This document shows, in pieces, positions 1 to 13,749 of a stretch of 64,000 nucleotides of DNA. This DNA comes from Squalus acanthias (Eukaryota): contig CM059444.1 in assembly GCA_030390025.1 (NCBI GenBank), positions 51,832,001 to 51,896,000 of the forward strand, in the 5' to 3' direction. Numbering within the stretch: the stretch's first letter is position 1; each line of letters begins with the position of its first letter. The notes under the pieces were generated by a model, which was not told where the DNA came from, ran no database searches, and saw only the letters and a program-made list of their open reading frames with translations. Both the position numbers and the translations under genes were made by a program.

Positions 1-2614
1 TGCTGCTGTGCGTCTGTTCCAGACTCTAGACCGAAGATTATTGTGCCAATATCCATGATCCTCCTCATCTGTAGGAGGAAGTGATGACAGTTCTCATTTG
101 TTATATACTGAAAGGTTTGGACAGAATTGTTACCAACCCGCCAATCAACTTTTTAAAAATGCTTATGATCAAAATTACAAACACTTAACTGATTGATCCC
201 TTGGTTCAGAGGTGAATGCATGTAATAAAAATATCCTAAAGAATCATACCTATTTAAGTGCAGTCCTGAGCACTAATTTGTAATAAAGGTGCAACAAATA
301 TAGAACTAACAAGCAATATCAAGAAATGGCCTCTTATGGCAAGATTGTCATCTGATACCACAATATAATTAGTTAATCTTTTCTTTTGAATTTCTTGTTT
401 CAAGGAAGTAGCATAAACCAAGATAGTAAATGTCATCACCTGGACCAGTGCATTAGCCAAGTCTGAATGCAAAGCTGCCCTTCAAGATATACTATATAGT
501 GAATTCAAATTTGTTTGCAGTTTCACTTCAAGAAAAAGGTCAATACTGGGCTATATTGTGTCATTTCTTGTCCTTGTAGCTAGTTTCAAACCAGACTTAC
601 ATTATTTCCTGTCCCTGTGTTGCACCTAGTCCAACAAGAACCTGTAACAATGATAATATGCACTAGCATGTCTAGGAAACGGTACTGGTAGTTCTTATCA
701 GTAGCACATCAAACATCCAAATCAGATGGACAGGGGTTCAAAATTCCAGTTATATACATATTCAATCATATCTCCCTTCATTGAGTGAGCTTCCCTAGCA
801 CTCATTGGGCAGGCTTTCATGGTGTTCAACACCATCTCCAATTGCTAAGTTTCCAAATTCTTGAGTTTCATTGTTGCTTTATCAGATCTCAGCTGGACCG
901 CAAGATGTTCCAATGTTGGGGGAGTGGGGAAGCAGTAGGGACAGCTGTCGTGAACAGTCTCATCCAGTGCGAGTGCTGTGCCTACTGGCCCATTGTAGGG
1001 CATAAGCTGACCATCAATAAGTCCGTGATCTGGGCCATCCTGTTCTGCAGGCTAAAGGTTGACATACGGCTGGAGGTACTCTCATTGGCCAATCTGTCCT
1101 GTTCCTCCTTGCTGAAAGATAAAGTGTAGCTATAAGAGACTTCACTGCTCAGGCTTTCTTGTATATCCCAACTGAAGGAACAAATATGGCAGCAGGAAAG
1201 CCTAATCCCCAGACCTTTCTAACCTCTCTGCCAAAGAAGGAAAGATAGAAACTGGAGGACCCATCGGCCAGGTCATCCTGGCTCTCTAAACTCAAGAAGA
1301 AAACAGAGAGACTAGAAGCCCCATTGCCCAGACCATTCAATCAGTGGTAACTGAAGGAGTAAGTGTAGTGTTAGAAAGTCACTCTGGCCCAACCATCATG
1401 CCCTTCCTGGTTGAAGGAGCAAGTGCTGAGGCAGAAAGGACTTTGGTGACCATTCCACATTGCAAGATACCATTACAAGGTTGAAACGAGTAGAAAAGAA
1501 AACCAGGTAAACAAAGAAATTCTGGTTAAGTGAAACACTGCCTCTCGAGTGATAGGGAGTGGCAGTGTGTATGACCCAGGAGGAGAATGTAATTATTTTT
1601 TTTTAAGTATCAGAGGGTTATCCAAACTCGTTCCTATTCAGAAGCCCCACCAACCAAGCAGAACCAGGTTTTCAGACTTGGTCAGGATAAGATATCACTA
1701 GAGTGGCCCTCATATTCTGGCTTCCATTTGGGCCCTTTTTATAGCATAACATTGATTGTAAATATTGATTAATCAAATCAATAATTGATTACAACTGATC
1801 AATTCTCTTAACGAGATAATAGTCACACATTATCAAAGAATCTGTGACTCCAGTGTTCGGAACGATTGAGCCCTCTGATTAACCAGTCATTTGACTAAAT
1901 GTTTATTACGACTTCCTCTTGATACTGGGTAAAGCTGTAAATCTCTTGGTTTTTTTTAACCACAGTTACTGTGCTGTATCTGAAAATAAGTCTGTAGTTT
2001 AAAAAACAAATCTATATGTACGACAGTTTTTGATCATTTCAGGAAAAATATTGTGTCATTAATTCAAGCAAATTTTCATCTTTTAGGTATATTAGTTTAA
2101 CTAAATAATGTTAAATATAAGCGATGCAATTTTTAGCTTCTGTGTAGTTGGAATGATGTTAAAATAAAGATACCACTTCATACCACGAGGAGACAAAAAG
2201 CGTTTTGATTACTTTCTTTACCCAATTACCCCTCCTCGTCACTCCCTCTCTTGCTTATTTCCTCTTACAGGAGCAACTCGAGTCTCATTTAGCCAGGACG
2301 GCTATCCAATTGACTGCAGGCAACATCTCTCTCAAACAACCCATATTAATATTTACCCATCATCTTCATATTTCTCCTTCCCCAGCTAAGATGGAATCCT
2401 GCCTTCCCTACTCTGCTGGAATCAGAAAATGACCTCCTTTTGTGTAGTAATGCAATAGAATGAGAAAAGCCCAGGGTCCTTATTAATTTATAATAATTTT
2501 ACATTTTAATGTTTCTCCTATCTGGAAATAAGTCAATTTCTTTATGTCACCACTGAATGTTAATATCATGAGACTGGCCTTCCCTCTTTTTAAACGTGTT
2601 GCCTAAAATGCGAT

Positions 2615-2890
2615 GGATTTGTTATTCTTGGGATGGGATGGGGAACGCAGTATTTACTGCCCATCCCTAGCTGCCCCTGAGAGCATTAAGGGTCAACCAC
2701 ATAATGTGGGACTGGAGTCACATGGAGGCTACACTGAGTGGCAGGTTTCATTCCCTGAATGTCGTTTCTTTCCCCCTGGTGCTAACCCACAAATTATCAG
2801 GTTTATTGAACTCAATTTCACAACTTGCCATAGTGGGATTTGAACCCACTGGGTTGCTGGTCTAGTTCCGTAACTACTACATGACCAAAA
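2615..2890 (-). mobile_element. Degraded tRNA-headed SINE (same family as 27460-27885)
   Basis: Colinear similarity to 27460-27885 (atttactgcccatccctag, gtgggactggagtcacat, gtgggatttgaacc). Confidence 0.55.
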
Positions 2891-2983
2891 TCAACATTTC
2901 TTTCCCTTGTTTCTTTCATACTGCGTCTTTCTGTCTCTATCAATTTCTCCTGACAATTCTCTCTCCATTGTTTTCTTTCCATT

Positions 2984-3013
2984 TCTCTCTCACACACACA
3001 CACACACACACAC
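2984..3013. repeat. (TC)n(AC)n microsatellite
   Basis: Seen directly. Confidence 0.95.
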
Positions 3014-3299
3014 GAGGACTGCCATATAACCAGGATGTCTTGACCGGTGGGTAACGCTTTGGAGCTGATTGCAGTCTCCGTCCATTGCCTGCCCACAATT
3101 GCTGAGCAGCTCTCAGTTTAGCCACAATGCTCACTTTGCATTTATTACGTGATCCTTACATCACAAAGAATAAATGGAATTTCAAACTACATATCGAAAT
3201 ATCTGAGGATATTTTAAAATGATTCTAAAAAGATTCTTGGGGAAAGACCTCAGCTAGCTGAGCTTATAACGAGCCACTGAGTAGAATCAGTGACCTGTG

Positions 3300-3560
3300 T
3301 AACAGCGACACAATCGGCCCGACTGCCTGCCTCTCTTCCGCTGCCATGTTCGCGCCCGGGTGTCCCTGGAGAGGGAGCACGCGGTGTCCGCCGGCACGCT
3401 CGAGGCCTTCCGCGACCGGTGGCACCGCAGGGACTGGAGCGCATCGTCACCCCCGGCAACCAAATTTTAATTGAATTTGTTAAGTTTCCTTTGAAGTCTT
3501 TTGTTAAGTTAAAGTTTATTGTTTGCATAAAAGAGGACAGCTACACAACACATTTAAAAA
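3300..3560 (+). mobile_element. Tx1/L1-clade LINE 3' fragment
   Basis: Translates to PDCLPLFRCHVRARVSLEREHAVSAGTLEAFRDRW, resembling Tx1 ORF2 C-termini; similar to 4790-4960. Confidence 0.7.
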
Positions 3561-4539
3561 GGGACACTGCAAGTTTTATGGAGGCACTGCTACCTTCAAG
3601 AAGTCAAAAGAGTTGCCTTGCCTACCAAGTGGAGGCCTATCAATACAAATTGGAAGCCAGACTACCATCTCGTATGCTCAAGTGAACTCGCTTTTCTCGT
3701 TACAGATGCTGACTGACCTGCTGCATATTTCCAACATCTTCTGTTTTTATTTCAGATTTCCAGCATTTGCAGGTTATTTTTCTTTTTATCTCATATCACC
3801 ACCATCAGTATTTCTCCTTCACTTACTGCGGCTGCTTCCTCCGTAACTTGTGCATTGAAACAAAAACAGTGGGAGAAAGTTCAAAAGAAAAACTGTGTTT
3901 GCACAAACGTGCTTTTAAATTGTTTTTATATTTTAGCGCAGTGGTACTGGAAGTGGCCATTGTGGTAGGAGAAGCAGGGAACTTGCTGGAGGCAAGAGGG
4001 TGAACAAGGTAGGGACGAGCCTGAACTTTTCCTAATGGAGTTTATCATTAGGTCACTTATTGTCTGTGCCTTGGTTTACTAGCCCAGTGAAATGGTTTGC
4101 AAGAGGCCCTTTACCAGATGACACCGCCCTTTAATAGTGCGGTGATAAATATTTCTACAGAATTACCAACTGGTCTCATCCAGCCACGTGAACTCAAGAG
4201 GCAGGGTTCCAGCATCTGCCCCCACTTCTCAGTGGCTGAAAAGCTCAAAGCCCCTGGTGTTCCTCCCCGAAATGAGGGTGAGGTTATATCAAAGCAAGCA
4301 AATCAGTGCAATACCCACGCTAAGTCACATTTCAGAACCACTGCTGTAAGGAGCCATCTTCCACTGCTGCACACTGAACATTATCCGTAACGCAAGTAGC
4401 AACCGCTGGAAACACTCAGCAGGTCGGGCAGCATTTGTGGAGAGAACAGATGAGTTAATGCTTCAGGTGTGGAGACTTTGTCTGAATTAGAGGATATTAC
4501 AAATTAACGACTTTGAAAAAGGAACAGAACAAAGGGAAG

Positions 4540-5000
4540 GGGAGTCCGTGTTCCATATATACAGTGAGTGTGAGAGGTTGCAGCCCCTCTTCCACTACTT
4601 GAAGGGGCTGCTCCTCAATTTCATGTTGCACTTCAGTCCCACGCTCCAGATCTTTGATCACCTGGTGCGGGGGGGGTGCGGGGCGGGCAAGTCGGAGGAC
4701 CTCCTCATAGGACTGCTCCTGGGCCTGGCCAAGGTGGCCATCCATAGGTCCAGGCAGCGGGCGGTCGAGGGGGTCGTTCAGCCCAACTGCCTGGATTCAT
4801 GCCCGGGAGTCCCAGGAGATGGAGCACGTGGTGTCCACCGGCACGCTTGAGGCCTTCCGCGACTGGTGGACACTGGAGGGACTGAAGCGCATCATCACCC
4901 CGGGGAATAGAATTCTGATTTAATTTTTTTAAGTTTCCTTTTAATTTTGGTTAAGTTACAGTTTTTATTGGTTGTGGCCCTTTAAGAAGGGGGCACATGC
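4540..5000 (+). mobile_element. Tx1/L1-clade LINE 3' fragment
   Basis: ESVFHIYSECERLQPLF...LLGLAKVAIHRSR (ORF2 C-terminal zinc-knuckle region), then the same 3' end as 3300-3560. Confidence 0.75.
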
Positions 5001-5494
5001 TTAACTCTAAATCGGTGATGGCAATTGAAAAAGCGAAGGGGGAAACATACACACATACACCAATTAGATGGTGAAAATTTTATTGAAGAAAATAATTCCT
5101 CTCAAATGTGCAGATTTGCCATCTCATTTTACAATGAAGTGCTCACTTCTCCCCCCAGCAATTTACACTTCTCGGATCACTTGTCACATATGCCTTTAAT
5201 TGTTAGACCATTAACAAGTATTCAGTGAGGGAAAATACATTTGCAAAACACTAATAGTGTCAGTGAAGAAGATAATTGTTCTTTTAGGCGTCCTGTTTTC
5301 CCCTTGTCATTTGGAATCAGACCTTTTCTGCCGAATCACATAGCTTGCCACAGGCGTCTTGAAAATGTATTGCCACAATATCACAAAATTAAATTACTAC
5401 CAGGAAAATGTAATTCATATACAAGAGCAAACTCAATATATCATTACAAAGAGTCCTCCTCCCTACTTCATTCAATTCTATAATGTTTCCTACA

Positions 5495-5797
5495 TCTTTC
5501 GGATGAGACGTTAAACCGACCCTCTCAGTTGGACGTAAAAGATCCCGTTGCACTATTTCGAAGAAGAGCAGGGGAGTTATCCCCAGTGTCCTGGGCCAAT
5601 ATTTATCCGTCACTCAACATCACTGAAAGCAGTTTATCTGGTCATTATCACATTGCTGTTTGTGGGAGCTTGCTGTGCACAAATTGGCTGCCGCGTTACA
5701 ACAGTGACTGCACCGCAAAAGTACTTCATTGGCTGTAAAGCGCTTTGGGACGTCCTGAGGTTGTGAAATGCGCTATATAAATGCAAGTCTTTCTTTT
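5495..5797 (+). mobile_element. Deu-domain SINE (SacSINE1/AmnSINE-like), 5' truncated
   Basis: gacgtaaaagatcccgttgcactatttcgaagaagagcagggg core and L2-like tail gcgctatataaatgcaagtctttc; highly similar to 59247-59618. Confidence 0.8.
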
Positions 5798-6289
5798 GTT
5801 TCTATTCTGATACAAACCTCCCTTTATGCAATAAAGTAGACAATGTTGTAGCATGAGCACCGAATAGAGGCCTCACTGGTACTAAACTGGGTAAATTGGG
5901 AAAATGTGCACTACTGTCACAATTTGTTTTCAAAAACCTCCGAACCTTCCTGTTGTGTTTTCAAATTAAGAATCTAAAATGATTTCAGTTTTACTGACAA
6001 TGAATCCTCTGGTGCCCTTGTCACTACTGCTTCCCAGCCACCCAAACACCGAGTGGCGGGAAGTGTATCAACAGCTGATAAAGAACCAAAGAAGGTCGTC
6101 AGTCAGCCAGGAAGCAATAGTGCTTGTCACTTGATGTTGGGTGGCTGGGAGTGGTGTCATTCCAGGTCGGGTGGTCAGAAAGCAAGACAGCAGATTGGGT
6201 TGGGTGGATCACAGAGGCCGGATGTGGCAGAGCAGGGCAGAGAGAGACTAAAAAAAAGGGAAGAGAGCTAAAAAAATAGAAGTAGAAAA

Positions 6290-6520
6290 TAGGGCTGGCA
6301 AATAAATGCACTGCCTGAAAGGTAGGTGGAGGCAGACTCAATCGAGGCTTTCAAATGGGAATTGTGTAAGTACATGAGGGGAAAAAAATCGCAGGGCTAC
6401 GGGGAAAGGGCAGGGGTGTGGGACTAGTTTAAGTGCTCTTGCAGAGAGATGGCACAGGCTCAACGGGCTGAATAGCCTCCTTCTGTGCTGTAACCATTCT
6501 ATGATTCTATGATTCTATGA
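6290..6520 (+). mobile_element. CR1 LINE 3' end
   Basis: Ends in (ATTCTATG)x3, the CR1 terminal octamer. Confidence 0.85.
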
Positions 6521-7381
6521 AATGAATCATGGTTAACATGGACTAATATTCAACAGAAAACAATCAGAAAAGAAAAAAGGTAAACTAAAGCACTATGGAG
6601 CAAAGCACTAAAAGTGAAGGGCTTGTGAATGGTAATTTTTTTTTAACTGTCTGACAATTCATTGGATAGAAAGATAGTTGCTTGTATTTACCGTCAAACT
6701 AAGTTCCAGCATCACAGAAATACTCTTCACAATAATTGTCTAGAATTTTCGGTGAGGCTAATGGCGTTCGCCGTTGTAATATATGTGGGCAGAACAAATG
6801 AAGGACAGAAACAACAACAGAAAATGCTGGAAAAACTCAGCAGGCCAGGCAACATCCGTGGAGAGAGAAACAGAGTCAACGTTTCAGGTCGAAGACCCTT
6901 CGTCAGAACTGAGAAAAAAGCAGGAAATGAAACAGATAAAAAAGCAAGGGGGAGGCTGGGGGGAGGAATAAAAGAACAAAAGGGGTGGTCAATGGTAAGT
7001 AGAGACGTTAAGAGATGCTCAAGGCAAGACGAGATGGTAATAGGACAGGTTAAGAAACAAAAGGTGGCTCAGAAGTGTGAAGTGTGAAATGCTGGCAGAA
7101 TGAAAGACAGCTGCCGTGGGGGAGAGAGAGAAAAAAAAGGGAAAAGGCACAAACCAATAGGGTGGATAAAATATATATATATATATATATATATCTAAGT
7201 GGTAGGGGCTGAGGTTATGATCTGAAATTGTTGAACTCGATATTGAGTCCGGAAGGTTGTAAAGTGCCTAATCGGAAGATGAGGTGCTGTTCCTCGAGCT
7301 TACACTGAGCTTCCGTGGAACAATGCAAGAGGCCGAGGACGGTGAGGTCTGAGTGGGCGTGGAGCGGTGAATTAAAATGAC

Positions 7382-8842
7382 TTATCCAGTCTCTTCCCAC
7401 CTACATCCGCGACTCCTCTGACGCCCTCCGCCACTTTAACAGTTTCCAGTTTCCTTGCCCCAACCGCCTCCTTTTCACCATGGACGTACAATCCCTCTAC
7501 ACCTCCATCCCCCACCAGGATGGCCTGAGGGCGCTTCGCTTCTTCCTTGAACAGAGGCCCAACCAGTCCCCATCCACCGCCACCCTCCTCCGCCTGGCTG
7601 AACTTGTTCTCACATTGAACAACTTCTGCTTTGACTCCACTCATTTCCTCCAAATCAAAGGTGTTGCTATGGGTACCCGCATGGGTCCTAGCTATGCCTG
7701 CCTTTTCGTGGGATATGTGGAACACTCTTTGTTCCAGTCCTACTCAGGTCCCCTCCCTCACCTCTTTTTCCGGTACATTGATGACTGTATCGGTGCCGTC
7801 TCCTGCTCTCGCCCTGAACTAGACAATTTCATTCACTTTGCCTCCAATTTCCACCCTTCCCTCACCTTCACATGGTCTATCTCCGACTCTTCCCTTCCCT
7901 TCCTCGACTTCTCCGTCTCCATCTCTGGGGATAGGTTATTGACCAACATTCACTACAAGCCCACTGACTCCCACAGCTACCTGGACTACACTTCCTCCCA
8001 CCCCACCTCCTGTAAGGACTCTATTCCCTTCTCCCAGTTTCTCCGTCTCCACCGCATCTGCTCTGACGATGCCACCTTCCATACCAGTGCTTCCGACATG
8101 TCTTCCTTTTTCCTCTACCGAGGATTCCCCTCTACCGTGGTCGACACGGCCCTCGACCGTGTCCGTTCTATCTCCCGCACTTCTGCCCTCACCCCGGCCC
8201 CTCCCTCCCGGAACCACGATAGAGTTCCCCTTGTCCTCACCTTTCACCCCACCAGCCTCCACATTCAACGGATCATCCTCCGCCATTTCCGCCACCTCCA
8301 ACGTGATCCCACCACCAAATGTATCTTCCCCTCACCTCCCCTTTCAGCATTCCGTAGGGACCGCTCCCTCCGAGACACCCTAGTCCACTCCTCTATCACC
8401 CCCAGCACCCCTTCCCCCTCGCCCGGCACCTTCCCGTGCAAGCGCAGGAGATGCAACACCTGCCCTTATACATCCCCCCTTCCCACTCTCCAGGGCCCCA
8501 AACACCCCTTCCAGGTGAAACAGCGATTTACTTGTACTTCTTGCAATTTAGTATACTGTATTCGCTGCTCACGATGTGGTCTCCTCTACATTGGGGAGAC
8601 CAAACGCAGATTGGGTGACCGCTTTGCGGAACACCTCTGTTCAGTCCGTAAGCGAAACCCCGAGCTCCGGTCGCCTGTCATTTTAATTCACCGCTCCACG
8701 CCCACTCAGACCTCACTGTCCTCGGCCTCTTGCATTGTTCCACGGAAGCTCAGCGTAAGCTCGAGGAACAGCACCTCATCTTCCGATTAGGCACTTTACA
8801 ACCTTCCGGACTCAATATCGAGTTCAACAATTTCAGATCATA
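7382..8842 (+). pseudogene. Penelope RT plus GIY-YIG endonuclease (N-truncated, frameshift near 8670)
   Basis: DVQSLYTSIP, GVAMGTRMGPSYA, RYIDD, CKRRRCNTC, VYCIRCSRCGLLYIGET. Confidence 0.93.
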
Positions 8843-9140
8843 ACCTCGGCCCCTACCACTTAGATATATATATATATATATATTATCCACCCTATTGGTT
8901 TGTGCCTTTTCCCTTTTTTTTCTCTCTCTCCCCCACAGCAGCTGTCTCTCATTCTGCCAGCATTTCACACTTCACACTTCTGAGCCATCTTTTGTTTCTT
9001 AACCTGTCCTATTACCATCTCGTCTTGCCTTGAGCATCTCTTAATGTCTCTACTTACCATAGACCACCCCTTTTGTTCTTTTATTCCTCCCCCCAGCCTC
9101 CCACTTGCTTTTTTATCTGTTTCATTTCCTGCTTTTTTCT

Positions 9141-9179
9141 CAGTTCTGACGAAGGGTCTTCGACCTGAAACGTTAACTC
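9141..9179 (+). ncRNA. Minimal type I hammerhead ribozyme motif in the Penelope pLTR
   Basis: AGTT-CTGACGA-A-GGGTC TTC GACCT-GAAA-CGTT-AACT; mirror copy on the - strand at 6873-6911. Confidence 0.75.
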
Positions 9180-9929
9180 TGTTTCTCTCTCCACGGATGT
9201 TGCCTGGCCTGCTGAGTTTTTCCAGCATTTTCTGTTGTTGTTTCAATTTTCCAGCATCCGCAGTATTTTGCTATCGTATAAATGAAGGACAGAGACAGGA
9301 TGAGTTGCTAGTCAAGGCCAGAGCGAATTGAGCATGCTCATACTAAACCATGTGACAATGCATTACACTGCTTTCCCCTTAAGATAAAGTGTATGTATTC
9401 CCCTCTCAAATACAACAATACTATGGTCCCACCTTTCCCAGCATTACATGTACCACATAACAAAAACTCCTGGCTTTTTTTCTTTTAAATCAACTACAAA
9501 TGAACTACAAATCCAGTTTAATAACAGGTTTGTGGAGCCTTCCTGATCTTCTTATAAAAGGTGTTGGTGTTGAACCAAATTTCGGGCTGTTTTGTATTGG
9601 TTCCGAACTCAAAGAAGTAGGTACCACCACTCTCTTTCCCCACTTGATACAATCTTGCTCACAAGACAATTCAGTACGACGGCTATGAAATGGTTTCAAC
9701 TCTGTGTCCAGACACTGATCAGTCCATCCATTCAAGCTGTTTTCAGTACTGAGTCCTTTTGAGTCTCAGTTGCATTCACAGGAAAGTCTTTGTCAACGGC
9801 ACCTAGCGTGAAAATCGCACCTTCACTCCCAACACGAGTCTTCATGTGGCAACCTGGACAAGGCATCTGCGATTGCGTTTTGCTTTGAAGTGCGATATTG
9901 AATCATGTCATATTGTGACAACAACACTG

Positions 9930-12458
9930 CCAACGTTGCATTCTTGATGCGGCCATTGCAGGGATGGCAGATTTGGGCCCCAAAATTGCTAGGAGCGGTT
10001 TGTGATCGGTTATCAGGGTAAAGTTTCTGCCGATCAGGAACTGTTGGAATTTCTTGATTCCAAACACTATGGCGAGTGCTTCCTTTTCAATTTGCGCGTA
10101 GTTTCTTTCGCTCTTTGTGAGGGTTCATGATGCGAACGCGATTGGTTTCTCTTGGCTGTCATCCATTACGTGGCTCCCACACCATATCTAGAAGCATCAC
10201 ACACTAACTTAAGCTCACACTCTGTGTCATAGTGCACAAGTAGAGCATCGCTAGAGAGACTTCTCTTACATGCGTCGTGAGCTTCCTGTTGCGCTTTTGT
10301 CCACTTCCACTGGACATCTTTCTTGAGGAGCTCGTGCAATGGAGCTAAGATGGTCGCTAACTCAGGTAAGAAACGTACGTAGTACTGGACCATTCCAAGG
10401 AAAGATCTTAACTCAGACATGTTCTGTGGCTTTGGAGCATTGATGACAGCATCAACATTTTCCTTAACTGGTTGCAAGCCATTTGCATCAATTTTCAGAC
10501 CAAGGTACACAATCTCGGGCTGCACAAAAGAACATTTGCTCCTTTTTAATTCTCATTGTGAGAATTCAACCTTTGAAGCACTAAATTTAACAATTCTAGA
10601 TTTTCTTACTCGTTACTTGTTGCGATCAGCACATCGTCTTGATTACATAAGCAATTTGGAATTCCTTGCAAAATCTTATTCATCATAGCCTGGGAGATTT
10701 TGGGGGAGGACTTTACACCATATGGCAGCTTGGTGTATGAGTACAGTCCCTTGTGTGTGTTGATCGTGAGATACTGTTGACTCTCTTTGTAAGCGTGCAA
10801 CAGGTCGAGCTTGGAGAAAGCCTTTGACCCAGAGAGTGCTGCATACAAATCTTGTGATGTAGGTAACGGGTACTGCTCATCGTCAACTGCTTGGTTGATA
10901 GTAACTTTGTAGTCACTGCACAAGCGTACAGTTTTGTCTGCTTTGGGCACTACCACAATCGGGGTAGCCCATTCACTTTTGTCAGTTTTTACTAGCACTC
11001 CGTTCTCTCTTCGCTAGCTCTTCCTCCACCTGACTTTTCAACGTATAGGGGACCGGCCTTGCCTTACAATAGACAGGCTTCGCATTGGACTTGACGTGGA
11101 TACGCGCGTCATACCCAGTGATACCCTCATAACTGTCTGTGAACATGCTTTTGTGCTTGTTCAGCATTGTGTCAAGTTGCTTCTTTGAAGTATCTACACT
11201 GAAGATGTTATTCCAGTCTAGTTTTAACTTTCTCAACCAGTCTTTGCCCATGAGAGGTGGCCTGTTGTTGTAGCTCGCTACAATAATAGGCAGCTTTACT
11301 GACTGGCCACTGTGCTGAACTGTACATTCCATTTGTCCACATGTCTTTAGGATTTCACCAGAGTAGGTTTTTAACTCTACGGTACTCTTTGTAAGTGGTA
11401 CTTGATTAAACTTACTCTCATTTGTGCCCTTACACATGATAGAGCAGTCCACCGCCGTGTCAATACACATATCAATATACTGGTCATTGATCAAAAGTTT
11501 TGTACAGTAGTCTTTTTCACGACTGCTAGCATTGCCGCTAGTGGCATAGATTCTGTAGATGCCTAGTTCTTCAACATCTGGTGAGTTCACTTCAATATTG
11601 TGAATTCCTCCCTTTTGTTGTCGCTGCTTTGCATTGCCACTAGAATGGTTCTTACTTCCTGCTTTCGATCTAGCTCTGCAAGCTGTTGAAATATGGCCTT
11701 GTTTCTGGCAGTGAAAACACTTTGCATTTCTGTATTGGCAGGACTGTGGTGAGTGATTTCCATTGCAGCGATAACAATTCACTGAACTGCTCTCACCGAC
11801 ATGTTTTTGACTTGGTCTCACAGCTTTAGGTTTGGTGGTGGCTTTGTGACTGTAGACCTCAGCTGCACTAGTCACTTAATTTGGACGGAGCTCCCGAGCA
11901 TTCTTAGACACCATCTCCATAGATAGGGCAATTTTGCCTGCTAAGTCAAATGTTAGGTTCGGAGTGTTCAGTAATTTGGACTGTGTGCGCTCATCCACCA
12001 CACACAAACTTATCTCACAACGCACGATCCAAAAATGTGCCGAAGTTACAATGCAAAGACAGGTTTTTAAGAGCTACAATGCACTCACTGATGGTTTCAC
12101 TTTGTTTTGGGATTGTGTTACCAAACTTACAGCTCTCTGCTATTTCTAACGGCTTTGGGTCGAAATGGTCCTCGAGTTTCTCGACAGTGTCTTCAAACGA
12201 CACATCCTTCGCTTTCCCTGGCGCGAGTAGGTTTGTCAGAGATCCGTAGACATCTGGCCAGATCTCCGTTAGAAAAATTGCTTTCTTACATTCACAAATT
12301 ACTTTATTTTGAGCTTGAACATTCTCATCTGCACCTTCGGTCTCAAGAATGTTTATGGCCTTTAAAAACAGCTCCATCCGCTCAATGTAAGAACTGAATG
12401 GTTCGCGAGCTCGGTCATACATGCCGAGGCTTCCGATGAATCCCGTAGGCACGGCCAT
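9930..12458 (-). pseudogene. Mag-type gag-pol (frameshifted; integrase core largely deleted)
   Basis: Gag SYIERMELF; knuckles CYRCNGNHSPQSC and CFHCQKQGHISTAC; protease IDTAV; RT SEWATPIVVVPK...KLPYGVKSSP...NQDD; RNase H CDASRYGVGA. Confidence 0.9.
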
Positions 12459-13689
12459 GATTGTCCCGATCCCGTTGAACAGTGACTCAGCACGCTACCT
12501 GTGTGCCTGTGAGAATCAACACCGCTGTTGCTGTGTATACACACACGCGAAGGTGAAGCACCGACAATTCTGCATGAGCATTAACGGTAAAACATTGCAA
12601 AAATTCAGTTTAGGTGTCACAAATTCACCTTAAACTTTTCCACTCGAAGGTTGAACATTGTGTCCCTCCATAATCTTTAAAAATAGCTTTGGGATCCGAT
12701 CCTCGTCGCCAAAAATGTAATATATGTGGGTAGAACAAATGAAGGACAGAGACACGATGAGTTACTAGTCAAGGTGCTTATTTACTCAGCCAGAGCGAAC
12801 TGAGCATGCTCATACTAAACCATGTGGCAAACCATGTGATAATACATTACAGCCGTTATTAATGCACAAATGGCACAGCAACTTCAGGCGAGGGGCAGAT
12901 GCGAGGTTAAACATGAATATCCAGAAGTTGTCCAATTTGCACCGCTTTGCCGTTAGCTTTGCAAAAACGGCATCTCGTTGTCTGGCTCACCATTGAAGGC
13001 GTGAAGTTGCTGTATTTGCGCAGTAGATGCGAACTAAACTCACCACAGAAAGTTAAGCCTTGTCATTTCACAGCTAAGTACCCTTTTGACGATGCGATAA
13101 GTGTTAATTACTGCCAAACAAACTCTCTGGCAGTGAAAAATAACTATTACAAGTTCAGGTTTTAATTGTTGGAGATTTAAAAAAAGTAAAATTTAGATTT
13201 TTTTTTACTTTTCCTTTCTGTCTCTTTTCTTGCTCTCTCTTAATCCAATCCTACTTTCTCACTCTTTATTTCTCTTTCTGTACCTGAGTTGACATTGAAT
13301 CACTCTAATTTGCACTTCCTTCTCAGTCCTTGCGCTGTTAATTTCACAATCCTTCAATCTGATTGGTTAAGGAGATACACAGTTGCTTGTCCTGTTCTCT
13401 CAGGTCCCAGATGCCCTGCATCCCCCTTCGGTGCGACGTTATCAGCTCGCACGTTCAGCAACTTGCCACGCAAAAAATTAAAAAACCTAAACGTGCAAGG
13501 GCAAGTCTAACTAACACCATACGCCATTAGATGGACTGCCACAGCAAAATCTGGGCCGAGTTCAATTTATGAGTTTTTCTATCTACTTCACTGTAAAAAT
13601 AATAATATAATCATTAATAAAACAAACTTGAATGAGATGGATGCAGTAATTGTATCTATTAAATATGCAATTAGAACCAAAATTAACAG

Positions 13690-13749
13690 ATCAAGATTTT
13701 TAATCGAGAGATTAATCGTGATTATTTTTTTAATCGTTTGACAGCCCTA
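13690..13749. mobile_element. hAT-like DNA transposon terminus
   Basis: Reverse complement reads TAGGGCTGTCAAACGATTAAAAAAAATAATCACGATTAATC; the other end was not found. Confidence 0.45.

Larger units (their letters stand above)
6810..9279 (+). mobile_element. Penelope-like element, 5' truncated, with inverted 5' pseudo-LTR
   Basis: 6810-7381 is the reverse complement of about 8677-9242; 14-bp TSD aaatgaaggacaga (6796-6809, 9280-9293) inside the Gypsy LTR. Confidence 0.93.
6775..12851 (-). mobile_element. Gypsy LTR retrotransposon, Mag-like, decayed
   Basis: LTRs TGTA...TACA at 12716-12851 and 6775-6809 plus 9294-9367; 5-bp TSD GCCGT (6770-6774, 12852-12856); PBS TGGCGACGAGGAT (tRNA-Ser GCU); PPT aaggggaaagcag. 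Confidence 0.93.
6739..13557. mobile_element. Harbinger-like MITE split by the Mag Gypsy insertion (6739-6774 and 12852-13557)
   Basis: Ends gtctagaattttc / gcaaaatctgggcc; body colinear with 40590-40677 plus 49360-50085. Confidence 0.6.

Noticed and set aside
100-540. Possible very old LINE RT relic on the - strand (SDLANAL, RGIS-like motifs)
   Set aside because: Too degenerate to support without a profile search
6662-7087. 141-aa ORF and similar ORFs at 8965-9331, 20608-21308 and 56902-57192
   Set aside because: Chance frames through Penelope pLTR arms
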